A stretch of DNA of 64,000 nt from Diplonema japonicum. Its lineage: Eukaryota > Protista > Euglenozoa: Diplonemea. The position numbers and the translations under genes were made by a program. Under the pieces are notes generated by a model. The model made no database searches. It was not told the DNA's origin and was given only the letters and a program-made list of their open reading frames with translations. The first letter of the stretch is position 1; every line of letters starts with the position of its first letter. Of the stretch, positions 47,001 through 58,577 are shown in pieces. The DNA is taken from the NCBI GenBank assembly GCA_964019335.1, contig OZ025682.1, positions 372,001 to 436,000 on the forward strand, written 5' to 3'.

Positions 47001-50000
47001 CCATGGTGTGAGCGGTCTGTGCACTGGGTCGTGTGACAGCTCAGTAACAACGACAGGATGGGGCAAGGACTGTACAAAACCCTTTGCCGATCAGTTCGAC
47101 TGCAAGGGGCCTGACTGTAATTTCGGGACTGTTATCCGTGACGCTGACATCAAGTTCTGCCAAGGCCTCCCCATGGGACAGGGTGGATGCACTGTTGACA
47201 GTTTGGGCTGCGACAACAACATGGTTGCGTTGGACTGGGCACGCTCCTGCTGTGACATATTTAGGAAGTGCGGCGGCGAGGACCAGTACAAGCAGTGTGT
47301 GGTGGAGAACTGCAACATGGGGTGGGTGGAGCAGGAGAAGTACTCAAAGTGTGTTGACGCTTTCCAGGGTGTCCTGCTCGAGAGCCGTGAGTGTGAACGT
47401 GAGATTTGCACGCAAGCTGTGAACAGGGGCAGTCCCGATTGTGGTGAGTGCCTCCCCGACTACTACGGTCCTGACTGTGACAAATTCTGCGACCCTAAAA
47501 TAACGTGCGGCGGACACGGGACTTGCAACGGACAGGGGAAGTGTTGGTGCGAAAAAGGTTACACGTACTCTGATGGAGCTAGCGGTGTATACTGCATGCA
47601 TATTTGTCAGGCGCAGGGAACACAGACGAAGTGTGACGCACGTGGTAAAACATGCAGGTGGAGCACTGCTGAGAGCCGTTGCATGAAGGCCTGTCCAAAG
47701 GGGTACTTCGGACTGAACTGCAAGACAGCTTGCGACCCAAAGACCACTTGCTCCAATCACGGGAGCTGTGACAAAGATGGAAAGTGCGTGTGCAAAGTTG
47801 GATGGGGTGGAGAGGACTGTGGGATGGGGAAGTACACCTGCAGTGCTTGGGGTGACCCGCACTACACAAGCTTCGAAGGGAAGAGGTTTGACTTCTTTGG
47901 ACCTGGCTACGAAATAGATCCTCAGAAGGACATCGAGTACGAGCTGTACGGGAAGGGGTCCCTGCATGTTCAAGCAAGGCACTGGAAGTGTAACAGCAAG
48001 GCAACCTGCATGAAGAAGCTCTCAATCTGGGATGAACGTGGTGGTACTGTAGAGATGCGCATCGATGGGTCGCTGAGGGTGAACTGCACAGAGTACAACT
48101 CCACACAGGTTCAAGAGATGCTCCACTTCGGCGACTGGGTGGTTCTCCCCAGGAACTGCAATGGGAACACATCATGTGAAGAGGTATCACCGCTTCGCCT
48201 CACTGCGGCGAAAAAGACCAATCTCGGGAAGGGCAAGGCACCCTCGTTCTTCTTCGAAGTCTCGAAGGTGAAGTACAACGTGAACAGCGTGGCCACGATG
48301 GACGTACAGCTGAAGATCGACGTTGCGGCACGCTCCAGTGCGATGGACGTGTACTTGACACACTTCGGTGACCACCCTGTGAAGGAAGGCGTGGTGGGGC
48401 TCTGTCACGGCAAGCCTGGGAGCGGGAAGCCTGGCACTGGTGAACCTGGTTGCTTCACGGACGACCAGAGCTCGTGCCCTCAAGGCGGCACGCCACCTTA
48501 TGGGCACTGCAGAACGGGACCTCCCAGGTGTGCTGTGGTAAACCCCCCCACCTGTTGGAGTGGTGTTCCTGACTCAGAGTGTGGCTTCTGTGCCATTGAC
48601 ACAGCTCCTGAGCCGCCCATGACGATCTGGAGGTGCGATGTTGAATCCTCTAAGCAGCAGGCCGAAGAATGCTGCAAGCAACACAAATCGTGCAAGGATG
48701 GGAATGGGGATGGGAACGGGGGGAGCGCGTACGAGCAGTGTGTTTGGGACGAGTGTGCACTCGGGGAAGACAACAAGTGTCTGGACAACCATGGGGCGGC
48801 CCTCGACTTCGATGACCAGTCGATGGAGGAGTCGTGTGCGTGCGAGGACCCCCACATGGCGATCGATTACGAGACGGGACTCTGCACCGCCTGCAAGCCC
48901 GGTTGGTACCCAGGGAACGGGAAGCAGTGTGCAAAGTTCTGTGATGCTGCTGTGACGTGCAACAACCATGGGTCGTGTGATGGTGGTGGCTACTGCTGGT
49001 GCAACGAGGGATATGAGGGGGACGAGTGTCTCGGGGTGACAGATGAGTCCAGAAACCCTGCCAGCAAGGCCTGTACAGACCAGGGAGATCAGGCCTCGTG
49101 CAACGCAATCGCTGAGTGCATGTGGGGAGATGAGACGCTTCTTTGCACCAGAAAAGACGACAAGACAAAGCAGTGCTGGGAGTACTTTGCACAGTCGGAG
49201 TGTAATGCTAATGGGTGTTTCTGGGAAGTTCGCACTGAAAAGTGGCTGGAAGGCACATGCTTGGATGGACGACCTGCCAAAGAGATTAGTGTCGACTGCA
49301 AAGACAACTGCCCACAGTGGTTCACACCTGTGAAGGGGAATGTGCAGAAGACCGGGTGCCCCGCGGACCTGTGCACACCGCCTCGGGAGGGTGACAAGGT
49401 GTTCGTGAACGTGACGGGCTTCCCTTCGAACAAGGTGTTCCAGCCATCGTGTGCAGCAGCCGCCGAAGCCATGCTTCAGGGGAAGACCACTGAGGAGCAG
49501 CAGCTGTGCCAGGACGGCTGGGCAGTGATTCTCGGGGACACTATTTCGTGCGACACGCTCCACGAAGAAATGATCGCAACCAACATGCCCTACCCCACAA
49601 GGGTGTATCGCAGCTACTATCTCAACGAGACGACAAGGGTGTCGCCCCTTGTGTCCCACTGGGACCACCAAGACGAGAACCTTCACGGGTACAAGATCTG
49701 CTACGTCCCTCTGAGGCCCGCAAACGCGGACCCCAAACTCTTTGTGCCGGTATGATTTCTCTTCAAACCTAAACCACCAAACACAACAGTCCACCGTTGC
49801 AGCCAGGTCGTGCCCTGGGAATTATGAGTTCGGTCAGAAAGGCGAGTGCACCACCTGCAAGGATGGGTGGCACGGTGTTCAGTGCAACGTGTACTGCACG
49901 GCGCAGTCCTCCTGCCACGGCCACGGGGTGTGCAAGGTGATACCAAAGAGCGGAGACGTGTGCACGTGCGATTCCGGATGGGTGGACGAAAACGGCATCA

Positions 50001-50799
50001 CAAAAGAAGAGTTCAAGTACACAATGGAGTGCTACGCTGCAACGAAGGAGACGAAGGCGATGCCAGGGTACGAGGGGTACGTTCCGAAGGAGTTTGCGGT
50101 GAAGACTGCTGAGCTCCGGCCTGCAGGGGAGGAGGGCGGGTGCGGGGCCGAAATGGAGTACGAGGAGTGCCGGCCGCCTGTGAAGGGTGAGAAGGTGATT
50201 GTGAACGTGACGGGGGTGGCGCCCAGCGTGTCGTCTGGATGCGACGGCGAGGGGTGCAAAGTAGGGAGCGCTGCTGTGGTGCGGAAGGGGGCCTCGTGCA
50301 GCAAGCCTGCTGCGGGGGACATCCTGATGGACGACATCGTGATGGAGGGGACGAAGGACCCCGAGGTGAAGGTCTCAAAGCCCGTGACGCTGGAGTTCGA
50401 CCCCATGACAGAGGAGTACGAGGTGTGCTACCACGCAAAGGTGTCGTCGCTTCCTGTCGATGTGAAGGAACACGTCGACACGAAACCGGCAACACTCGCA
50501 AAGGGCGCACCGAAGGACGGGTCCTCTGGTGGTGGCTCCTCCTCCTCCACAGGGGCCATCGTGGGAGGTGTGGTGGCAGGTGTTGCTGTCCTTGCTGCTG
50601 CGGGCTTTGCTGCCAAGTATGTTGAAACCCACTCACACACAACCATTACTTCCACAGGAAACTTATTGCTGGTGCTGGAAGCGGGGGTAAAGGTGCTGAC
50701 TTCTCTCAATCCAAACTAGACCAGCTTGCCCCACAAGAACCTGGTGAACTTGCTGAAATTGATGAAATGGAAGAATTGTACGACCGAGAAGAACCTTAG
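44089..50799 (+). CDS. Large Cys-rich type I surface protein, copy 3 (most diverged); exons 44089-49749, 49790-50616, 50658-50799
   Basis: Same architecture as copies 1 and 2. Introns 49750-49789 (40 nt) and 50617-50657 (41 nt); the tail ends EIDEMEELYDREEP. Confidence 0.88.
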
Positions 50800-51230
50800 G
50801 AAATTCTCGTTGGATTCTATAATTTTTTTTTTTTGTTATTATTTATTCTTCATGTGGCTTCGCCGTAGCGTGCTCTTCCTCCTTCTTATTGAGGGAAAAA
50901 AAAAGAAAAAAAAAAGAAGAAGAAAGAAATAAAGAGAAGTGAATACAAAGCAAAAACAAACAAAACAAAAAAGAAAATCCACAAAAAGTAAAGGATACTG
51001 CTCTACCCCCCCCTTCTTTTTTGTACCTACTATACATTTTTTTTTGGAGAGGCCGGGGGAGGGGGGGGAAAGAGAGAAAATTCCTGAATTGAAAAACATA
51101 AAGAAGAAATGGAAAATTGTTTTTGTTGATTACTTTTTCTTTTCTCTCTTCTTTTTTTTTTGTCTATCTACTTGTCAAATTGTCTGTCTTTGTGTGTGGC
51201 TTATCTTGATCTAGATCCTTAACTGGCGGA

Positions 51231-51249
51231 TGTGTGTGTGTGTGTGTGT
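51231..51249. repeat. (TG)n microsatellite
   Basis: Run of TG dinucleotides. Confidence 0.8.
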
Positions 51250-52516
51250 ATTTTTATTCTTCCGCGTCCTCTTATGCTTTCTGTCCCCTGTCCTCCTTTT
51301 TTTTTTTTTTTTTTTTTTTACTGACATAAATTAATCAAGAGAACAGATATCGTGTAGAATGTACACAGAACCAGTTGGGGACGATAAAAAAGATCAATTC
51401 GTGTTGGGGATATAAAAAAAAGGGAGGGGGGGGGAAGGGTTTTCCGGGAACAGGACAATGGCGCTTTAGCTGGCGACATGGTGGGAGTGAGGGGGGGCGA
51501 AACAAAAGAAAGAAAGAAAGAGTAAAAAAAAAATCCCCTTTCTTAGCTGCAAAGGTGGCACGTGGATTTTTATTTGCTTTTTTTTTTATATTTTATTTTA
51601 TTCTAGAATCAGAGAAAGGAAAGGAGGGACAACAGGGCTAAGAGGGAAGGGAGGGGGGGAAAAAAAAAAGAAGGACAACAGGTAAACTGCCAGCAGTAGT
51701 AAATAGTAGAAAATACAAATTCTTAAGAAAAAAAAAAAAAAAAAAAAGAGAGGGAAACAAAAAAAACAAAGGAATGAACTTGCTTTTTTTTTTTTGAGTT
51801 TCTTTCTGCGAATATTTTTACCCTTTGTTCAGTAATTAGGGGAGTGTTCACTGGACGGTGCAGTTGTTAAGTTATTGAAAGGGGGGGCAAAAAAAGAAGA
51901 AGAAGAAAAAAAAAAGAAAAAAAAAGAAGGTCCCCTCCCAGGACTGGGAACCTGTGTCTCAGTACCACGACTGCAGCATGTACAGGAAGAAGAAAGAAGT
52001 CTGGCGCATAGAGAGAAGAAAATTGCTAATTGCACTATGTATTTCTCTCGCAAAAAGGGGTCATCGAGACAGCTTTTCTCATTCGTTAATGTGGTTTCCC
52101 TCTTCTCTTCTATTTTTTCATGCTGAAAGAAGAAGGGGGATGAAAGAAAAAAGCCTGACCCAATTTCATTATTCCTTTTTTTTTTTAAAAAAAGAAATGT
52201 GTTTGTGCCATCGTTCTTAAAGAGAAAAAAAAAGCAAAAAAAAAACCCCCCCATCGGACTGTTTAGCACTCCCCCCATTTTTATTTCAATCCCCCCCCCC
52301 CGCCCTTTTCGACAATTTCCCCCTTGTTTCCTTCCCGCCCCTCCTCTCTCTTTATTTACTTTTGAGAGAAAAAAAAAAACAGAAAAAAAAAAGCAGAATA
52401 AAAAAAAAAGGGGGGTTTCATATAAGTTTCAATTACTTTACTTTTATATAATTTTTTTTTTTTAAGTTTACCAAATCAAAAAAAAAAAAAGAGAGCGAGA
52501 CAAAAAAAAAAAAAAA

Positions 52517-53455
52517 ATGTTGGACCTGATACATAATCTCGGCGACAAGACGATCACAAGTGCGTGTGAGGACCCCGTTCAGGGGGGGACCGCGAATGAA
52601 GTTATAATGGGTGTCCTGGGAGTGGCCACCTTCATCACCTATGTACCGATGGTGTGGAGCGTGTACGAGGCGAAGAGCAGCAAAGGAATCAGTTTGACAA
52701 GCATGCTGCTCGTCTGCGTCACAAACTTCGCCTCGACCGTCGGTGTTGGCCTTCAAAACTGGCAATCCGTGATATGCTGCGGACAGTCGAAGTGGAGCAC
52801 GGTACAGTGCCTTGAAGGCTTGAACCCCATCCTTCTAATCGGTGCTAATGTTATAGGCTGTGTCCCGGTGTACGTTTTGTGTGTTATTTACTTTTATTCC
52901 GGTGAATCTGTGGATGTGGAATCACAAGAATCTCGAAGCACGTTCAAATCCTCCCTCGCACCGCAGAATCTGTTAGAAGACACCACAGATGTTCTTTACA
53001 CGCAAAAAAGGGCAAACTGGAGTCTTTTCCTGTACACGGTGTGGGAGGTAGTGGTAATTGCCTTATGTGTGATTCTTCTCGCCACTGAGGGTACACACTC
53101 CGACGCTGTTAAATGGTATGCTGACTCGCTGAACGTTCTGGCAGGGATCGCCATGGCTTTCTCGTGGATTCCTCAGATTTACGTAACATACAAGGCGAAG
53201 GATGTTGGAAACCTCTCTATTGTGACTATCCTTACGCAGGCTCCTGGTGCTGCTGTTGTTTGCATTTCAATGATGATCGCCGGGCAGCAGATTACAGCCA
53301 TTCTCCAGAACGCGATCGCTGCATTGTGCCTCAGTGTTCTCCTCGTCTTGTGCATTAAATACAAGTACTTCGACAAACGGGGCACAAAGTACGAGAAGGT
53401 TGAAAACACCGATTCTGAAAGCGGGGACGATGAGATCAACGTTGCGAAGGATTAG
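52517..53455 (+). CDS. PQ-loop (cystinosin/PQLC-like) 7-TM transporter
   Basis: Two repeats, YVPMVW...KSSKGISL and WIPQIYVTYKAKDVGNLSI; about 7 hydrophobic helices; acidic tail with YEKV. Confidence 0.85.
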   Translation: MLDLIHNLGDKTITSACEDPVQGGTANEVIMGVLGVATFITYVPMVWSVYEAKSSKGISLTSMLLVCVTNFASTVGVGLQNWQSVICCGQSKWSTVQCLEGLNPILLIGANVIGCVPVYVLCVIYFYSGESVDVESQESRSTFKSSLAPQNLLEDTTDVLYTQKRANWSLFLYTVWEVVVIALCVILLATEGTHSDAVKWYADSLNVLAGIAMAFSWIPQIYVTYKAKDVGNLSIVTILTQAPGAAVVCISMMIAGQQITAILQNAIAALCLSVLLVLCIKYKYFDKRGTKYEKVENTDSESGDDEINVAKD

Positions 53456-53488
53456 GAGGGGATTTTTTTTTTTTTTTTTTTCTTTTAA

Positions 53489-54214
53489 GGGGAAAAAACA
53501 CTGTTCACGGTAAGCAAATAACTTTTTTTCCACCGTTTCCTTAAACTTAAAAATTTTTTTCCACCAAGTACGGTAACCTGCAACTTTTTTTTTCCACCGT
53601 TACTGTGACCACCAAGTTTTTTCCCTTATGCAACTACAAACTTTTTTTTCCACCAAACACGGTAAATACGGTATCATTTTTATGCCTGATTAGGGTTTGG
53701 GAAAGAACTTTGAGGAGTGACTGGGACTGAACCCAACCAGTTGAGAAATGCAGGTTGCAGCATTATGCCCAACCTTTCTCCAGTGCACATGTTCTTCCCC
53801 TCCCCCTCACTCCGCTTCCTCTTCGCCGGCCTGCCTATTTGTGACTGTCACGATTAGTGGCCTGAGGCGTTTTCACAGGCAGAAGGGGGTGGACACGAAA
53901 AAAATCCAAAATTTCGAAAAACTAAAAAATGAGAACAATAGGAAGGTTTCATGGGAGAGTGGAAAAAAAAAGTTATGGGTTACCGTACTTGGTGGAAAAA
54001 AAAGTTCCAACATACATGGTTTAGTGGAAATAAGATTAGGTTACCGTGGACAGTGGAAACTTTATTTAAAAAAACCGTTTTGGTGTAAAAAAAAGTTATG
54101 ATTACCGTACTTGGTGGGAAAAAAGTTCTAAGTTACCGTGAATAGAGGTCAAAATTCTGCTTACAGTACTTGGTGGAAAAAGGTTATTTGCTTACCGTGA
54201 ACGGTGTTTTTCTC
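53489..54214. mobile_element. Non-autonomous DNA transposon (MITE/foldback-like), 726 bp
   Basis: ~45-bp imperfect TIRs (AAAAACACTGTTCACGGTAAGCAAATAAC... / ...GTTATTTGCTTACCGTGAACGGTGTTTTT). Subterminal TTCCACC(AAGTACGGTAAC) repeats are direct on the left and inverted on the right. Flanks read TTAA and TTAT. No coding capacity. Confidence 0.85.
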
Positions 54215-55013
54215 TTATTTAAATAATATTTTGAGATAGCGCGTGGTATTACTATAATTTTTTTTTTTTTGGAAGATGGGAAGGGGGGGAAAAAATAACC
54301 AGTATTTTTTTTGGACTTTATATGGAACTTCATTTTTTTTTCTTCTTTTTTTTCTCGTTAGGTACCGGGCTAAAAAAAAAAAAAAAAAAAAAAAAATAAG
54401 GGGAGGAAATTCAGATTTAGAAGTATTTCCGTTCCGTATGAAGTCCAAGTATGGTAAATAAATTAATTGCGTATTTTTCCTTTTTTTTTTCTCTTTTTTT
54501 TTTTTTCCCGTGCGTGTTTTTTTAATTTTTTTTGTTGCAATAAAAATTCTGTTTTCCCCTTTCACCTTTTTTTTTTTTCTTTTTCTTTCATCTTCCTTTT
54601 TTTTTTTTTTTTCCCTCAATTTTTTTTTTGTTCCTCCCCCTTCCGGACGTGTGAAATGAAAAATGAACAAAAAAAAAAAAAAAAAAAAGTCGTAATTTAG
54701 TCGTTAACATAAACAAAAAATGTATCAGTGCCAAGTTTCTCCTTTTTTTTTTTTCTTTTTTTTTTTTTCTCTGGCCAAAACGCCCGGCTGTGAGTGAAAT
54801 GTTAAGTGTGTTTGACCTCTTTTCTGTGTAAGCAATTTGGGTGGGCCTGTTTTTAGATTTTCCCCCTGAACCCTCTTTTTCTTTTAAACCTCCGAAACAA
54901 CTACTCAAATAAGAAAAAGGGGGGAAGGGAGGCGAGAAGGTGGTGGGTCCCCCCCCCACTTTTTTTTGTATGAACGAGTTTTTAACTTGTCTGACCAAAA
55001 GGGGAGCATTGTC

Positions 55014-55071
55014 GTAAAGCGAATGATTGGAGGCATTGGGGATATCGCTTCTTCGACCTATTCTCAAACTT
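55014..55071 (+). pseudogene. Isolated fragment of cytosolic LSU (28S-type) rRNA, possibly extending to ~55130
   Basis: GTAAAGCGAATGATTGGAGGCATTGGGG...ACCTATTCTCAAACTT matches the conserved eukaryotic LSU segment GTAAAGCGAATGATTAGAGG...GGGG...ACCTATTCTCAAACTTTAAAT. No flanking rDNA is recognisable. Confidence 0.8.
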
Positions 55072-55151
55072 AAAAAATGAGCGTGAACTCGGGGTTATAA
55101 ATCTTTTGAGGTTTCTACACCCGGCACGAAAACAACGACAAGTTCCTCTTT

Positions 55152-55193
<42 letters not shown>

Positions 55194-55534
55194 CCGATAC
55201 TTGTAAATTTTGAAAAAATTGTTATAAAGAGTAAAAAAAAAAAACAAAAAAAAAAAAACAAAAAAGAAACTCTTTTTTTTTTCCTTTTTTTTTTCGCATG
55301 CACCAGAATGCAACTATTCGGTCTGTTTATTTTTTTTTTCCCCTCTTTTTTTTCTCGCTCTTTCTTTTTTTTTTTTTCTTTCCATACACCCTCCCACCTT
55401 TTTTTTTTTCTTCTTCTTTTTATATTTGTTACCCCGAATCAAGAAAAATTCCCTCCCCCCTCGATATATTTTTTCTTCTCCCCCTTTTTTTTTTGCAAAC
55501 AAAAAAAAACAGACAAAAAAAAAAAAAAAAGGGA

Positions 55535-58500
55535 ATGGGCTGCTCTCCAAGCGCAGAGAGCAGCAACAACCGAAAATATGACGTAGCCCCCGCTAACAAC
55601 AACAACAACAACAACAAGGCAACAAGAAAGGCACCGACCGAAAAAATACAGCCTGACGACAACACCACCACTTCTTTAGAAGAGTGCGGGGAAATGGTAT
55701 CTTTCGTCTTTGAAATGCAAAGCTTGGTGGGACTGGAGTACTTCCAAGAAGAGTACATCGCAGGCTACTCGGGAGATGACTACAAACCACGCCTGTGCCA
55801 CATCAAAGAAGGATCAACAATGGAAGTAGTCGCAGAAGAGGGAACCGGCCACACAAGCCCCATAACTGGTATCGCATGCCTTGCCTCAAACACAGCAATC
55901 GTAACATGCTCGCACGATGGGCTATGCTGCATATGGACAGAACGAAAATCTACATCATGCTTGTCAGTGTACAAGGAACTGTCCTGCGATGTCAATCCTG
56001 CTTTCAACCATGTATGTGGGTCTAAAGACGGTTCTTATGTTGTTGCGTCAGCGGGAGAGTCCTTGCAGGCTGCCTCTATTGATGATGAAGAACTTGAAAG
56101 CCCTGCAGAGATGTCGTACCATGTGTATATATGGCTCGTTACGTCAATTACAGAGAAGAAACCAAAGATTTTCGGGCGTCATAAACAGGAAGTTGTTTCG
56201 ATGTCGTTTTGTGATTGTTCCACTCGTGTTGCGACTGGGTCGCGGGACGGGGTGGTTATGGTATAAATTTATTATAAAAAAATTTTTTAACCATCTATCA
56301 ACGAGCGTCTATATATAGACGATTTGAAAAAAAATCTTTTACGCAAAGGGCTTTCAATGCAATACGGCCCGGCCCTTTCTTGCCGGCGGGGTCCTGCGCG
56401 GAAAATATGAAAAAATATAAACTAAATGCTGCCCTAACGTAACAAGAAAATGAAAAAATAAAAAAAAACGCCAGCCCAAATTTACCCTTAAAAATCACTT
56501 CAAAAAAAGGCGCCCGGAAAGAGGCCGGAAGAGGACGTCATGAGTGATGGCAGCACTGATGGCTCATCCCTATTATGCAATTTTGATACAAACAGTGATT
56601 CTGACACGAATTCGACCGATTCCGAGTCACAGCAGGGTGATTGGACGGCAAAGCCGGAGCAGTTGGAAGGCATCCGGTTTCGTGAAGATCGGAATCCTTG
56701 TGGACCCTGTTTTGACATCAAAAAAGGCTCAACGCCATACCATATATTCTCCCAAATGCTCGTCCCAAACTTTATTCGGGTCATAACTTCGAACAATGTG
56801 GCAAATGCGGCTAAAAAAGGTGTCTCCCTGGATCTCGATGCTGCTTCTCTGCGTACCTTCCTAGGTGTCCTTTTGTCGATGGACTTGGATATCAAGCCAG
56901 ATTATTCTGATTACTGGTGCACTGGCTCCACGTTTCTCAACTACACCCCTGGGTACGCCACCGTAATGTCAAGAGACCGCTTTTTGACTATTCTGGGAAA
57001 TCTGTGTTTCCACAGCGAAACAAACAAGCGTGCTGACTTCTACCTATCGCCAAGGCCTCCCGGAGATCATGGATGCCCCAAAGAAGCGAGGCCGCAAGCC
57101 CAAGGACGCGCATCCCGTGGGGACACAGTTCCACCAGCACGCGAGCATCCTTTGCACCACAACGTGGCATGACATCAAGCCTGTGTGCTTTCTATCGACG
57201 TTGGATGTTCCAGTGAGGTCAAATTCGACCGTCCGCCAAAAGAGAATGAAAGCCGGAAAGGACATCTTGTTCCCACCAAGTGCATATTTACAACACCGCA
57301 ATGGGCGGAACCGACGCTGGGTGACGCTGTGACAAAACGCCATAAACGCACCCTTATGACTTAAAAGTGGCCCCTAAAAGTATTTTCGTACTTGTTAGGT
57401 AAATCTCTAGCGAATGCTTGGCTTGTTTGGAAAGAAGCCTTGCCCCCCGACACCCTGAGTACGAAAGACAGTGTATTGACGCCTTTCAGAGAGGCAGTCA
57501 TCGAAGGGCTACTAGGGGAGGCAGTCTAAACAACAGATAAAGTCAACTACAGAGCAGGCTGCCCCAATACCATGCCCCGAAACACAGAACGAGTGCTCTG
57601 AGACCCCAATGCGCCGTGACAGTACCTTCTGGGACCATTTCCCCGAAAAAGTAGTGCAACGTGCGGTGCAAGCATTTCAAGTCGAAAAGACCCCTATTTC
57701 AGTGTTCAGCCTGCTTGGTACAACTTTGCGTGACTCCGTGCTTCAAAGACTGCCACCTTGCCGGGGATACCCCCAGAAACCCCTCCCGGGGTCAAAAAAG
57801 AAGTCCCCCAGCCCTGGGGCACGTACGAACCGCGTCAAGAAGGCCTTAAATAGCTTTTTATAGAATTTTACAGTCGATTCTTTTTGACTTGTTTTTTGTA
57901 CCCCCTCTCGGGCACTTCAGGAACGATATTTTTGACAATGTTGTGGGGGTGGGCCCTGCTGTGGGCACCCTCTCTCTAGAATTGGGACATCTGGAGGCAT
58001 TTCCGGGGGCATATAGCCCCGGCGTTGCGCTAGAATAGCTTTTTTTGAAGTTTTGAAAATTTACCCCCTGGTGGGCAAAAATGGTCCGTTGGTAGATGGT
58101 TAAAAAAAAAAAAAAAAGATATGGTATCCCACAACGTGCATGACGCAGCATGTGTTGTCCGCCCACACCTCGCCTCTTACGTCTCTTACGTTTTCGGAGC
58201 CCGCGCGGAGTTATTTTGTGTCGTCCGATGCGCATAAAATTTGTATTTGGGATATGAATGCCGGGATGTTGCTCTTTACCACCACCGCTGCGAACCTGGA
58301 GATCCCGACGGTCCGCTGCGTTAGGTTCGTGACGCCGAGCCATGGTATTTTAAGAGGAGATAAAAAAAAAAAAAAAAAAAAAAAAAAAGTGCTGGTCACG
58401 GGTAACTCCTCTTCGATTGTGTACGCGATAAACGTCCTCACAGGAGAAGCCGTCGCACAGGTCAAGGTGCCGGATTCTGTGTTGTGCCTCTCTGGTTCAC

Positions 58501-58577
58501 AACGGCTCTCTGTGTTGGTGGGTTGCAAGGACGGTGGCATCTCGAAGTTGAATTTCAGCAACCTATGCTCGTTTTGA
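55535..58577 (+). CDS. WD40-repeat protein with N-terminal MGC acylation motif; exons 55535-56260, 58119-58344, 58390-58577
   Basis: WD repeats GHTSPITGIA...TCSHDGLCCIW and RHKQEVVSMSF...ATGSRDGVVM|IWY (completed only by splicing), then AHTSPLTSLTF...ICIWD. Confidence 0.85.
56291..58099 (+). mobile_element. Defective piggyBac DNA transposon, 1809 bp
   Basis: TTAA duplications at 56287-56290 and 58100-58103. 13-bp TIRs CCATCTATCAACG / CGTTGGTAGATGG (1 mismatch). Subterminal palindrome CGTCTATATATAGACG at 56306-56321. Transposase remnants inside. Confidence 0.93.
56540..57849 (+). pseudogene. piggyBac (PGBD-type) transposase pseudogene with internal deletion and frameshifts
   Basis: FLGVLL...DYW...VMSRDRFLTILGNLCF; WHDIKPVCFLST; YNTAMGGTD; KWPLKVFSYLL...LANAWLVW; C-terminal Cys-rich CSACLVQLCVTPCFKDCH. 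The motifs lie in different frames and the central catalytic region is missing. Confidence 0.88.
58345..58389 (+). other. Intron 2 of the WD40 gene (45 nt, in frame, poly-A filled)
   Basis: GTATTT...A-run+G. Removal converts SHGILRGDKKKKKKKKKVLVTG to SHVLVTG, a normal WD strand. Confidence 0.85.

Larger units (their letters stand above)
56261..58118 (+). other. Intron 1 of the WD40 gene (1858 nt; 45 nt without the piggyBac and one TTAA)
   Basis: GTATAA donor, A-run+AG acceptor, phase 0; splicing restores a WD repeat. Confidence 0.82.

Noticed and set aside
53520-54190. CRISPR-like repeat-spacer pattern
   Set aside because: The repeats are degenerate, irregularly spaced and mirror-oriented inside TIRs, and no cas genes are present.
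55298-55534. N-terminal extensions of track ORFs (also 27673-27774 and 59612-59758)
   Set aside because: They run through low-complexity spacer. Downstream ATGs after A-runs give sensible N-termini (MGC motif, signal peptide).
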